DNA of 64,000 bases from positions 12,544-76,543 of the forward strand of contig JBGFRZ010000032.1 of assembly GCA_041694835.1 (NCBI GenBank), read 5' to 3'. Every line of letters begins with the position of its first letter. The first letter of the stretch is position 1. Below are positions 8,890 to 19,020 of the stretch, piece after piece. Below the pieces are notes generated by a model that worked only from the letters and a program-made list of their open reading frames with translations, was not told the DNA's origin and made no database searches. The position numbers and the translations under genes were made by a program. This DNA comes from Ignavibacteria bacterium (GTDB taxonomy: Bacteria; Elusimicrobiota; Endomicrobiia; PHAN01).

Positions 8890-10104
8890 TCAGTATCGGT
8901 AGGAAAATCTTACTCCGAAGGAGAATGCTGTGAAATTATACGGCAGATACTTTTCGTATTTCATATTCGAGGAAGATGTCTGATTGGCCAAATATAATGT
9001 GGTTGTTGTCACAGGATTCGGCATGTAGTTAAATCCGCATGTGATTATCTGAAGAGCATTCTGTTGTTTTTCTTTTAAAAAATTTCCGTTACCGTCTCTT
9101 GCCGGACGGCTGGAATATGATTTTATTTCATGGTCTAAAATCAAAAAGAGCTCCCATGCTTTTGCAACTGAAAGATATAACGGAAGCGACAAACTCAATT
9201 GAGAGAAAGAATAGTAGTCGGAGTGATAAGGAGAAATTTTTGCCGGCGCGGTTGAGGTGACATCGTCGAAATGAAGATAATTCTGATTAGATGCTCTCAT
9301 TCCGTACTTTACTCCGGGCGAGGTAGCAAAGATTCCTGATGCAAGGTCAACCGCGCTGGCTATCGTCACAATCGTATCGCTCTGGAGAGCCCCCGAGTAA
9401 AAACTGCCGTCGGGCTGAACTATGTTGGTGATGACTTTCTGTCTGAAATAATTTTGAAGAGTTATATCAACAGAACCCTTGAGCATTTTCCATTCGCCAG
9501 AAAGACCGAGTTGCGTCAGAGCGTGGTCTTGTTTGCCGGCGGATGATTCCGCCGTGCCGCCTTCAGTGACTCTGAGTTCTGCAAGTAAATCGGTGTAGTT
9601 CGGAAAAATCATAGAATGATATTGAAAATTCCCGGAAAGAGCAACTTCGCCGAATTTTTTCTGAACGCCCAAAAGTCCGCCGAAACGATTTATGTCGTAT
9701 AGCCCATAACCCCATAGTTCGTTTGTGCCCGAACGTCGCAACTGCTTCCAATAATCAATTTGTGATTTTAATCTGAAGTTCCAGGGTGTATCCCAGTGAT
9801 GTCTGAATACGACCATGTGGTCCATCGTCCTATTGGTAAACTGCTCGCCTTCCTGTCTCTTGACTCCCGGCCCGCTATATTTTATCTGATAAAATCCTAT
9901 AAGAGAATGGGCATTGTTAAGTTTTGCTATCATGCCGATGTCATTTGCAAGATGTAGGTCAAAAAACCAACCGCCGCGCGAAGGGATGGATACGCCTTCT
10001 GTGATTTGCAAATTGTAGTATGGCGCGAATTTTACTTCTGAATATATCGTCGTAAAGAACGACGACAAACAGAGCAACAGGCAAATTTGATATATTTTAT
10101 ACAT
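8890..10104 (-). CDS. exported protein, probable outer-membrane beta-barrel
   Basis: Signal peptide, aromatic-rich alternating strands, C-terminal GVRFSYRY beta-signal-like end. Confidence 0.6.
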   Translation of the reverse strand: MYKIYQICLLLCLSSFFTTIYSEVKFAPYYNLQITEGVSIPSRGGWFFDLHLANDIGMIAKLNNAHSLIGFYQIKYSGPGVKRQEGEQFTNRTMDHMVVFRHHWDTPWNFRLKSQIDYWKQLRRSGTNELWGYGLYDINRFGGLLGVQKKFGEVALSGNFQYHSMIFPNYTDLLAELRVTEGGTAESSAGKQDHALTQLGLSGEWKMLKGSVDITLQNYFRQKVITNIVQPDGSFYSGALQSDTIVTIASAVDLASGIFATSPGVKYGMRASNQNYLHFDDVTSTAPAKISPYHSDYYSFSQLSLSLPLYLSVAKAWELFLILDHEIKSYSSRPARDGNGNFLKEKQQNALQIITCGFNYMPNPVTTTTLYLANQTSSSNMKYEKYLPYNFTAFSFGVRFSYRY

Positions 10105-10145
10105 AAACTTCTTTAACCTTCATCATTCATTGTCGTAATTCATCG

Positions 10146-10910
10146 TTAGAAATACCAATGCCATGCAAGAAATGGATGAATCACTATTACACCCTCGGGA
10201 TAAATGTTCATACCAACTTCCACATGCGGCGATGATGCGGTAATGCGGGCCATTAGTTTATTGTATCTGACGCCGTACGCCATTTGACTGACGACAAACC
10301 TGTCTTTTGATATTTGATGCTCAAGTCCGCCGAAAATAAATATCTCAGACGCTGCGACATTTAAATCGGAGATTTTAAGTCCGCCGCCAAAATCAAGTGG
10401 CTCCGACGGTTTAAAATTCAAATTGACATAAGAGAACTTCGGCCCTATGAATAATCTGTTACTTTGGTCGACTCTTTTAGTTAAAATAAGTCCTACAGTG
10501 TAGTCGTAAAGTGTCGGCTTGACCGTCGAAGTACTTGAAGAATCTCGAGACATCATAGCGGCCGCGACTGCGACGCCGATATTCTGTCCATACTGCCCCT
10601 GAATATCTATCTGAGGAATATAACGTCTTTCATTGAGCACTTTTACTTTCAGATTTAGTCCCGCCCATGTGAAAGGGATAAATGTCGGGAAGAAATTGAA
10701 TCTTACCTGAGCATTTCTGTATGCCGGCACAGGGACGGAGTCCTCCATATTGGAGTGCAGGTCAAATAGAAAATCCGCCGGATTATCGATAAAGCGCAGT
10801 CCCAAATTGATGATTTCTTGAGGAAGTTTAGGCGAGTCGGAAGCCATGGCCGAAGCGTTTAAAAGTGTAATTATTAAAACCGCCCGGATAACTATTCTCA
10901 TAATATCCAT
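10146..10910 (-). CDS. exported protein, probable small outer-membrane beta-barrel
   Basis: Signal peptide ending AMA; amphipathic strands; ends FLAWHWYF. Confidence 0.55.
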   Translation of the reverse strand: MDIMRIVIRAVLIITLLNASAMASDSPKLPQEIINLGLRFIDNPADFLFDLHSNMEDSVPVPAYRNAQVRFNFFPTFIPFTWAGLNLKVKVLNERRYIPQIDIQGQYGQNIGVAVAAAMMSRDSSSTSTVKPTLYDYTVGLILTKRVDQSNRLFIGPKFSYVNLNFKPSEPLDFGGGLKISDLNVAASEIFIFGGLEHQISKDRFVVSQMAYGVRYNKLMARITASSPHVEVGMNIYPEGVIVIHPFLAWHWYF

Positions 10911-10923
10911 AGATGTTTAAGGC

Positions 10924-11120
10924 AACAAATGACAAATAGAGGATAGAGATGAGAGAACAGAGGTGATAGTTCAAGAGTTGAGAGTTTAGAGTGTAGAGTT
11001 GAGAGATGTCGCCGGGTATCTCTAAACTCTAAACTAAGTTCTCTAAACTTGTCCTCTCGTCTCTGACCCTTGTCCCCTGACCTCTGACCTCTGTCCTCTG
11101 CTGCTCTTGTGCACTATCAC
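10924..11120. repeat. bipartite heptamer tandem-repeat array (purine block, then complementary pyrimidine block)
   Basis: AGAGGAT/AGAGTTG/AGAGTTT units followed by CTCTAAA/CTCTGAC/CTCTGTC units. Confidence 0.85.
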
Positions 11121-11121
11121 T

Positions 11122-12729
11122 TTATAGACGAATAAGTGACTTCGGCGACTTATTTTCGTTGATGCCGCTTGAAAATTTAATCCTGGACAAACCCGATGCC
11201 ATCTTCGAGGCCATTGCGATAACTATATCGGGAGTAAAAATTAAATCGATATTGCGGCCTTCAAAGAAATCTCCTTTAACTTTAAGCAACGCGTCTTTTT
11301 GAGTTGGCATCTCAACCTCTTTGACGAATATTACATTCTGTAAAGCGATTTCTTTGAACAACTTAAAAGGATTCGTCTCACCGCCAACGAAAGTATTTTT
11401 TGTCAACAAACCGCCTGAATTATTGATAGCATACGCCTCTGTCCAGACAGAGACATATTTGGTCTGACCATCCCGTTCTATTTTCATCTCCGGCGATTTC
11501 GCCCAGATATACAATTCCTCGCCGCCATCATCCATACTCTCGCTTTTTGCTATGGAGTTGTAAGATTCGTTGATTTTCCATCCGTTCAAAAATATTTCAG
11601 ATTTCATATCGTCTTTACCGTCGACAACTTTTCTGCGCGCTTTAATTTCATACGAGTCCTTTCTATTAGTCAGCGTCACTTCGGCCGATTCCAACTTGAT
11701 GTTATCGCCTCTGTCGAAAAAATATTTGGGCCAATCGGTCATGGCGTCGGGCAGATTTTCGGAAAACTTTATTTTTGCGTTGCAAATATCCATGCGATGG
11801 CCTGTCGTGCCCGAATATGCATCTTTGAAAAAACCCGCATACCGGTACGAATCGCGTTTTGTTATGTTAACAAACTGAATCGTATCCGCCTCCGGCCTTA
11901 AAAACTGCTGTTCAACCCTCACAAGATTTCCGAATCTATCGGTCAAAGTTCTTCCCGAAGATATATCTGCCTGTTTTATCTCGTTCGTGATGTCGCGCGC
12001 AACAACTATGTCGGCTTTCACATCCCTGATCATCTCCCGAAGTTCTTGTTTTATCTGCGCAAGTTCGGAAGCGACATCATCTCTTTTGGTTTTTTCGTCC
12101 TCCTCAACTTTTTCGTCGCTCTTTTCTTCCAATCTCTTTCCCTCTTCGAGCGCTCCATTGAAAGTCTCCTGCCACTCGTTCTGACGTGATTGAAGTTCAT
12201 CGGCGGACAAAATTTTTTCAATGGGCAATCCTGTTTCATCGAGCTTCGCCAAATTGCCCGATTCGACTGTTATGGACTGGCTCATCATTATATCACTGAA
12301 CTCGACGGCGCCTTCAAAAACGACAAGCTCGCCGTATGAATCTATCCCGAAATCCGTCCCTCTGACCGAAGCAACCGCAACAGGGGTCACAACCCTGAAC
12401 TTCGAGCCTCCAGCCAGTTTTACCTTCGCTCTTATCTTTCCCATTATCAGTGAAAACACACTTTCGTCTTTTGATGGGCTTTTCACTTCCATCTCGGAGT
12501 TTTCACGAACATATATCTTTGATTCGCCATCAAGAAGCACTGCCTGCGAGTTGGAGGCGGTCTTTATTTTGTCGAGATGCGAAACTCCGTCCCCCATCCT
12601 GGCTTCCCGCCAAACCCCGGATCGCATGGCCGCCACAGGGCCAACGGTTGCAATTATTTTTACTTCAGAAAATAAATCAGACGCCGCAAACGCACATATA
12701 AAAATCGACACTAAAATTTTATATCTCAT
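11122..12729 (-). CDS. secreted FecR-domain protein with coiled-coil and unknown C-terminal domain
   Basis: GGAGG RBS before MRYKIL, signal peptide, FRVVTPVAVASVRGTDF...VFEG FecR motif. Confidence 0.8.
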   Translation of the reverse strand: MRYKILVSIFICAFAASDLFSEVKIIATVGPVAAMRSGVWREARMGDGVSHLDKIKTASNSQAVLLDGESKIYVRENSEMEVKSPSKDESVFSLIMGKIRAKVKLAGGSKFRVVTPVAVASVRGTDFGIDSYGELVVFEGAVEFSDIMMSQSITVESGNLAKLDETGLPIEKILSADELQSRQNEWQETFNGALEEGKRLEEKSDEKVEEDEKTKRDDVASELAQIKQELREMIRDVKADIVVARDITNEIKQADISSGRTLTDRFGNLVRVEQQFLRPEADTIQFVNITKRDSYRYAGFFKDAYSGTTGHRMDICNAKIKFSENLPDAMTDWPKYFFDRGDNIKLESAEVTLTNRKDSYEIKARRKVVDGKDDMKSEIFLNGWKINESYNSIAKSESMDDGGEELYIWAKSPEMKIERDGQTKYVSVWTEAYAINNSGGLLTKNTFVGGETNPFKLFKEIALQNVIFVKEVEMPTQKDALLKVKGDFFEGRNIDLIFTPDIVIAMASKMASGLSRIKFSSGINENKSPKSLIRL

Positions 12730-12768
12730 AAAAACCTCCCGCTGCGCGGATATATTTTTCACTATTAT

Positions 12769-12944
12769 GAAATTGTTGAAAAACCCATCTTTTTCACTTA
12801 AAGAGCAGTTTTTTAACGGTTAAAAGTTTCAATCAGACCGCAAAACTCCTCGCTTTGCTCGTCGGACATTGCGGTCTAAACGATTTCAACTTTTAACCTG
12901 AAACTGCCAAATCGTTCAAAAGATTAAGGTTTTTCAACGAGCTC
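12769..12944. mobile_element. 176-bp MITE (family A, copy 1), TSD ATTAT
   Basis: Imperfect TIRs GAAATTGTTGAAAAACC / GGTTTTTCAACGAGCTC; ATTAT at 12764-12768 and 12945-12949; near-identical to the other two copies. Confidence 0.92.
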
Positions 12945-12947
12945 ATT

Positions 12948-12976
12948 ATAATAGCAAAAAAAGGGACGAATTGCAA
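12948..12976 (-). promoter_or_regulatory. putative sigma70 promoter upstream of the FecR gene
   Basis: TTGCAA-17 bp-TATTAT on the minus strand, overlapping the MITE TSD. Confidence 0.45.
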
Positions 12977-13004
12977 GTGATGTAACAAAAAAAAATTATT
13001 GAGT

Positions 13005-16000
13005 TTATTTTGGGGGTGTTTCCGTTTTTTCTTTTATCTTTTTCAAATCATCATCCAGCGTTCCTATATCCGAAAGTTTATCAAGATATAATCGCGTCTG
13101 CTCATAATCCTTCGAACGGTAAGTCTTGTAAATCATTTCGTTTAATATAAGCCCATAAAGATTTTTCGCTCCCTTGTGGTCGGGATTGATTTTGATCGCC
13201 TTTTCAAGAAGGGCGGCGACCTCTTCGGATGCCCCCCGCGTGTACATCACAGATGCATTCTGATAGTAGTTTTCAGCGATCTCTCTTCTTATCGCCGACA
13301 TCCTGCTTAAGACAACAACTCCCGCTAAACTCAGAACGAACGCAACGGCCGCGCCTATCAATAATATCTTTTCCCTTAGATATTTTATCCACCCGCGTGA
13401 AGCGACAATGCCGAGTGATTTTTTCGCGCCTTTGACGGTGGCAGCCGCGTCGTTTTTGAGCTCGCTTATCTTCTTGACTAAAATTTCGGCTTCAGCGGCA
13501 TCTTTCCGACTTTCCTTTTTTAACTCGTCCAAAACTTTTCTATACTTGGATGCTATCTCAAGCTCGAATTTTTCACACTCCTGTTTTTTAATTTCAAGAA
13601 ACCGCTTTTGCTTTTCCTCGATATCGACACGGAGATTTTCCATATACTTTCTTTCATTATCGAATTTTTGTCTCTCAATTTTTTCCATCTCAAGAATTTC
13701 TTTTATTTTGACTTCGGCCTGACCGAGTTTGTTTTCAAGGAGCTCTTTTTCCGAAGAAACGCGGTCAATGTCAGACAAAAATTTAGCCCTATCCTTCTCA
13801 AGGGATTTTATTTTTCTTTCAAGACCGTCGATTAAAATGGCGTTTTTGCCATCCATTTTGATTGTCTGTTCGTTTAAGCGGGATTTCTCATCGCACAACT
13901 TTTTGTTTTCCACTTCGACCGCTGTCAACTTCGCTTGCAGTTTCTGTGTTTCTTCAACTTTCGACTGGAAGCGGGCGTTGCCCTCGTACAATTCTTTTTG
14001 CGTGGAAATGACCTTGTCCTCAAGGAATTTGACCCTTTCTTCAAGTGTTCGTCTGATGTTTTCGCTCTTTTCATTTTTTTCAGCATCCGACCTTCTCTGC
14101 GTTGCATCCAATTTCTTTAATTCGTCTTCAAACTCCGATTTTTGTCTTGTAAGACCTGCCTTCAATTTTTCTGCAAGTTCTTCCGTTCTCCTTAACTTCT
14201 TCTCAATCGCCTCTTTTGATGAGAACAGAGATTCTTTCTCGCTTGAAATCAGCGATATTTCTTCCCGCAATTTATTCAATTCTTCTTTGAGAGTTTTTAT
14301 CCGCGAAGAGCTCTCCTGTTCGGCGGTCATCAACCCTTTTAGAAGCGATTCTTTCTCGAAAATAGATGTCGCCATATCGGATATTATTCCGTCTTTTTCC
14401 TTTATTGCATCCTGATACTTGGATATATCCACCTTTAACTTTCCGACGTTTTCGGAAAGCTTGTCTATAAGCGAATTTTTTATACTCTGAACCTCTTCGA
14501 ATTTCAACTGTTCCGACAAGATGCGTTTTTCAAATGAGATACGTTCCGATTTCATTGTCTTCTCCCACTCATCGCGCTCCTTCTGCCAATCATCCAGAAG
14601 CATCTCTCTCTTTCTTTCAATATCGTCCAAGCCCGAAAGCTTCTTTTTAAGCTCATTTATTTCCAGATCAGCCGCTCTCTTTGAATCCGAAAGTTCGCTC
14701 AAGAGTGAACCGACTCTATTTTTTAGATTAGCGTTACTTTCCGACAACTCCATTTTTTCCTTCTCGCGCACTTCCGCCCCGGCTGACAACTGCTGCGAAA
14801 TCAATTTATTTTCTTTTATAACGCTTTCTATTATTTTTGTCTTGGCCGCCAACTCAGCGTCCGACTGCTCCAGATCGCTTCTAACAGCGGAAAGAGCGTT
14901 TTTAAGTTCTTGAATATTTGAACTCATCTGTTCAATTTTCTGAGTATGCCTTTTTTCGGCGGAGGCCAGTTTTTCTTCAAACTCTATTTTCTCTTTCTCT
15001 AGCGTCGAAGCGAGAGCTCGAGCCGACTCGTTCAGACGGGCATTTTCTTCTTCATGTTGTCTCTGTCTATCGGATAATTTTTCTTCCAATTCTTTTATCT
15101 TTGCCTTCGCAGTCACAATGGCGGTTTCGACTGTCCTTCTTTCATCTTTTTCCTTTGACAGGGCATTTTTATGATTTTCTATCTCAGAACTAAGTTGGGC
15201 AACAATTTTTTCATTGTTTTGTTTTATCGATTCCCGTTCGACAATCAGCGATGAAATTTTCTTGCCCAATTCCGACTCTCTCTTTTCGTATTCTGCGCGG
15301 ATAACCTGTTTTTCTTCTTCGAACATTGAAAATATATTAGAGCGATCCCGCTGGAATTCCTCCGCCTTTTTCTTGAGCAAACCTATCTGTTCGTCTCTCT
15401 GGTACTGATAGTTCACGGCTTCCAAAAGAAGTCTTTTTCTTTCTTCTTCAAGATATATGATTTTGTTTTGGAGTTCCAGATTTTCCGAGTTTTTCTTTTC
15501 CTTATCCGACAAAACCGCGGTGTATAATTCGTCAATCTTTGTTATATCGGCGTTTAATCTCTCTATCTCCTTGTTTTTTGAATCTATCTCGGTGTTGTGC
15601 CTGTTTAACTCGCTGTTTCTCTCAAGCTCTATCGAATATAACCTGTGTTTTAATTCTCCTTCGGCAACGGCTCTTTCCTGAAGTGAAACGTTCATTCTCT
15701 CTATGGTTTTCTTGAGCTCTTCAGCGGCAAGTTCCTTCTGCTCCAAAGAGATTTTTTTCTCCGACAGCAACCGGTTTATTCTCTCTTCCGTTTCATTGCG
15801 AACTTCTTCGGTTGCTCTTTGAAGTCTGTCATTCAGAGAGTTTATCTCGTCCTCTTTCGCCGACAAAACAGACTTTATTTCCTTTATTTCCATTTCTCTG
15901 GCGACAAGTGCCGAGGATGAACGTTGATACTCTTGTTTTGTTTTGACCAGTTCACCGATATTTAAGTCAATTTGTTTTTGAATCGCATCAAGTTCGTCAT

Positions 16001-17420
16001 TTCGCGATCTGATTATGGACGCGTATCTCTCTTCTTCTTTTTTGCTTTTTTCGGACAGACGAGATGTTTCTATAAGGAGAGTTTCTTCCCATCGCTTTTC
16101 TTTCTCTGTGATAACCTTCTCTAATTTCGCTTTTTCCTCTTCTAGTTGTTTTATTTTTCCGAACTTTGCTATGCCATCGTTTTTCTCAACCTCGAAAAGC
16201 TTTTGTGTTTCGCTGAGCGATGCTCTTAAGTTTAGAATATCGCCGGAAAGTTGTTTTATTTCTCCTTCCCTTGTTTGTCTGTTATTCTCGTATTCCGATA
16301 TCACTTCATCGTATCTTTTCTTCAAAGATAAAACTTCCTCGGAAAAAGTTTTCTGCCACTGTGCCGATATTTCGCTTTGTCGCTCCATAAGCTTTTCGTT
16401 TTCGGCGACAAGTTCAACATTCTTCTGCTCAGCGGAAAGTCTTGCCGATTTTTCCTCACTCAACTGTTTTTCTATTATCGAAAGGGTTTCCATTATACGC
16501 TCTATATGCGATTCCGTCTCGACTTTAAGCGACTCTTCCCTCTTCGAGTAATCCTCTTTTATTTTTTCCCAAGATGCCTTTTCCTCTTCCCATCTTTTCC
16601 GCCATGAAGCTCTTTCTTCTTCAAGGGCCTGTCTTAACTTTTGATGCTCAAGTTCGTAATGGTAAAGCTTTTCCTCGGCGTTTATGCGTTTTTGCTCCTC
16701 GTCAATCCTTTTTTCCTCAAGTTTCGTTATTGTTTCAATTTTTTCAAGAAGACTCTCTTTTGTTTGAGACAGTTCATGGTCTTTTTTCTGAATTATTTTT
16801 TCCTGGTAGAGTTTTTCATCGGAAAGGCTTAATTCAAGTCGATTCGTTTTTTGTTCAAGATTGTTTATAGTTTCCTGAAGGCGATGTTTATCTTTAAGAT
16901 AATTTTGTTCTGATAGCAGAAGTTTTTCCTTTATGGAGAGTATCTCTTCTTCCTTATTTGACACCATCTCTTTCAATCGTTCCTCGCTCTTGCGGGCCTC
17001 CTCTTTGAAATTCGCAAGTTGATTTTGTATTTCCAGAAATTTTGAACGCGCGTTCTCCGCTTCCTGCCTGTATTTCCTTATTTCATCTTCAACCATGCCC
17101 CATTTTTTTTGCTGCTGTTTTTTCTGCGTCTCAAACTCTATGGCCTGAACTTTAATGTGACCAATTGAAGCCTCCCTCTCTTCGGCAAGTTTCGCTTGAA
17201 GCTGTTTTACTTTCTCTTCGGCGAGGCCAAGCTGATTTTTAAGCTGCAACACCTCGTTTTCCTTCGACTGAAACACTTTATTCCATTGCTCCTTCTCTCT
17301 GGCGGACCTTTGACGGATAAGTCTAATGGTCTCTTCCGCCATCTGTTTCTCTGTGTTAAGAAGTTCGTTTACTACACTCTCCGGGGATGAAAATTTCAAC
17401 TCGTCTCTTTCGTTTTCCAT
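13005..17420 (-). CDS. 1471-aa coiled-coil protein with one C-terminal TM helix and a short TPR-like tail
   Basis: About 1340 aa of E/K/L heptads without Walker motifs; ILLIGAAVAFVLSLAGVVVL TM; AIKINPDH TPR-like segment. Confidence 0.8.
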   Translation of the reverse strand: MENERDELKFSSPESVVNELLNTEKQMAEETIRLIRQRSAREKEQWNKVFQSKENEVLQLKNQLGLAEEKVKQLQAKLAEEREASIGHIKVQAIEFETQKKQQQKKWGMVEDEIRKYRQEAENARSKFLEIQNQLANFKEEARKSEERLKEMVSNKEEEILSIKEKLLLSEQNYLKDKHRLQETINNLEQKTNRLELSLSDEKLYQEKIIQKKDHELSQTKESLLEKIETITKLEEKRIDEEQKRINAEEKLYHYELEHQKLRQALEEERASWRKRWEEEKASWEKIKEDYSKREESLKVETESHIERIMETLSIIEKQLSEEKSARLSAEQKNVELVAENEKLMERQSEISAQWQKTFSEEVLSLKKRYDEVISEYENNRQTREGEIKQLSGDILNLRASLSETQKLFEVEKNDGIAKFGKIKQLEEEKAKLEKVITEKEKRWEETLLIETSRLSEKSKKEEERYASIIRSRNDELDAIQKQIDLNIGELVKTKQEYQRSSSALVAREMEIKEIKSVLSAKEDEINSLNDRLQRATEEVRNETEERINRLLSEKKISLEQKELAAEELKKTIERMNVSLQERAVAEGELKHRLYSIELERNSELNRHNTEIDSKNKEIERLNADITKIDELYTAVLSDKEKKNSENLELQNKIIYLEEERKRLLLEAVNYQYQRDEQIGLLKKKAEEFQRDRSNIFSMFEEEKQVIRAEYEKRESELGKKISSLIVERESIKQNNEKIVAQLSSEIENHKNALSKEKDERRTVETAIVTAKAKIKELEEKLSDRQRQHEEENARLNESARALASTLEKEKIEFEEKLASAEKRHTQKIEQMSSNIQELKNALSAVRSDLEQSDAELAAKTKIIESVIKENKLISQQLSAGAEVREKEKMELSESNANLKNRVGSLLSELSDSKRAADLEINELKKKLSGLDDIERKREMLLDDWQKERDEWEKTMKSERISFEKRILSEQLKFEEVQSIKNSLIDKLSENVGKLKVDISKYQDAIKEKDGIISDMATSIFEKESLLKGLMTAEQESSSRIKTLKEELNKLREEISLISSEKESLFSSKEAIEKKLRRTEELAEKLKAGLTRQKSEFEDELKKLDATQRRSDAEKNEKSENIRRTLEERVKFLEDKVISTQKELYEGNARFQSKVEETQKLQAKLTAVEVENKKLCDEKSRLNEQTIKMDGKNAILIDGLERKIKSLEKDRAKFLSDIDRVSSEKELLENKLGQAEVKIKEILEMEKIERQKFDNERKYMENLRVDIEEKQKRFLEIKKQECEKFELEIASKYRKVLDELKKESRKDAAEAEILVKKISELKNDAAATVKGAKKSLGIVASRGWIKYLREKILLIGAAVAFVLSLAGVVVLSRMSAIRREIAENYYQNASVMYTRGASEEVAALLEKAIKINPDHKGAKNLYGLILNEMIYKTYRSKDYEQTRLYLDKLSDIGTLDDDLKKIKEKTETPPK

Positions 17421-17574
17421 ATCTCACCTCTCGTAAACGCAGCGATTAGGAGATTGGGGAATGTAAAAAATTCCTTTCCCGCCCCGCCTCTCCTCTATTC
17501 TCCCGCCTCTATCTTCTAAACTAAGTTCTCTGAACTTTCCAGTGCGTGCACTGGATAGCGAAACATCAACAATC

Positions 17575-19020
17575 TCATTTTGCCAGTTCTGTTTTTGCTT
17601 CCGAAATATCCACTCCGGTATTTTCATATTTTCTGATTATCCTTCTTAAGATATCTTTTTTTTCTCTTTCCGAAATACCGCGGTCCTTCAGTTGATAATA
17701 ATATCGCATTGAAGTGTCGAACTCAATCTTTCTGTTGTCGATATCGGATTTTGCCGTAGAAATTCTCGGCGCTTTCTTTTCAACCGAAATTTCACGAGGC
17801 GGAATATATTCCACAGCCGGCGACCTTTCCGCTTTCGGTTCTTCCTTTTCTTTTTCAGACGCAAGTAGTGATTCTAGTTCTTTCTTTAATCTGTCTTTCT
17901 CGTTCTCCAACCTCTCTACTTCTTTCAGGAGTTTTTCATTCTGGGACTTTTCCGTGAACAATTTTTCACTCAACTCTTTTAGTTTTTTGCTTTCGGGCGG
18001 TTTTCCGAATCTCATATTAAGTGAAATCCTCTGAATGTCTCCGGAGTTCTTTATCCCAACCAAAGGGAATATATAAGAATAATTGAATCCAAACCATTTG
18101 AGTGAATGGCCGAAACCGACAGCAAACCTTCTCAGTTCCCTGCTTCCAAATGTCATGCCGCATCTTATGGCCGTTGCTCCATATTCTCCGAAATCAAAAT
18201 GCCTTTCAGCCCCGAATGAAAACACATAGTCTAAGATGTTATTCGAGTACTCCTGAGCTGAAAAATCAGCGGAGAGATTTATCAGGGTCGTGTTCATTGC
18301 AAAGCCAATCGTTGATTTCATTTTTTTCGTGTCACCCGAGTTTTCAAACGACATATCCGGCTGATTGATGTCCTTGATAGAGAGCCCGATTTTGTAGTTT
18401 TCAGAGATGTTATACAAGATACCGGCATCCAGAGAGAAGAGCGTCTTCGACTTCCCAGTGAGATGGTCGGTTATGCCCCGTTTTGCTTTGCCAGTTTCAT
18501 CCACGGAATTAAAGGAATAATCATCGGTTCCGATAGATTTTCTTAAAATTTTAGCAGTCAATCCGAAAACAATTTTTTTATATATTCCCGAGAGTGAAAA
18601 AGCGTAAGTCTCATCCTTGTAGAACTCTCCGCCCAATAAAAAATATCCGAAAGCTGGCACATAACCCTTGTAAGGCAGCCCCGCCGCCAAATATACTTCC
18701 GACAATTTAGAGCCATCGGTTAATTTTGGATAAAGCGTTGTATAGGATGTGAATATCTCCGATGTTTTTATATTGTAAAGGCCGGCCGGGTTGTAGAAAA
18801 TCGACTCGATGTCATCCCCTGAAGCAACATAAGTCCCGCATACCCCGGAAGATCGGGAAGCATAAAGACAGGGGATAGTGAATAGCGAATAGCATATAGC
18901 GAATAGAGAATAGAGAATAGAGAATAGAGGATAGAGATTAGAGGTTAGGAAATGGAAATTATTACTCCTCTCCCTATCCGCTCGTCTATCTTCTCTCATC
19001 TCCGACCTCTGTCCTCTCAT
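17575..19020 (-). CDS. PorP/SprF/PorV-like outer-membrane barrel with C-terminal coiled-coil extension
   Basis: SRSSGVCGTYVASGDDIESIFYNPAGL matches the (A)DD..YNPAGL motif; LDAGILY, DINQP and QRISLNMRFG; directly follows a CTD-bearing cargo gene; start uncertain. Confidence 0.7.
   Translation of the reverse strand: MRGQRSEMREDRRADRERSNNFHFLTSNLYPLFSILYSLFAICYSLFTIPCLYASRSSGVCGTYVASGDDIESIFYNPAGLYNIKTSEIFTSYTTLYPKLTDGSKLSEVYLAAGLPYKGYVPAFGYFLLGGEFYKDETYAFSLSGIYKKIVFGLTAKILRKSIGTDDYSFNSVDETGKAKRGITDHLTGKSKTLFSLDAGILYNISENYKIGLSIKDINQPDMSFENSGDTKKMKSTIGFAMNTTLINLSADFSAQEYSNNILDYVFSFGAERHFDFGEYGATAIRCGMTFGSRELRRFAVGFGHSLKWFGFNYSYIFPLVGIKNSGDIQRISLNMRFGKPPESKKLKELSEKLFTEKSQNEKLLKEVERLENEKDRLKKELESLLASEKEKEEPKAERSPAVEYIPPREISVEKKAPRISTAKSDIDNRKIEFDTSMRYYYQLKDRGISEREKKDILRRIIRKYENTGVDISEAKTELAK

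Noticed and set aside
13005-17420. SMC/SbcC or tape-measure protein
   Set aside because: No Walker A/B, signature motif or hinge, and no phage genes in the window.
17424-17627. 67-aa ORF
   Set aside because: Overlaps the barrel gene's 3' end and runs through degenerate repeat sequence; no motif support.
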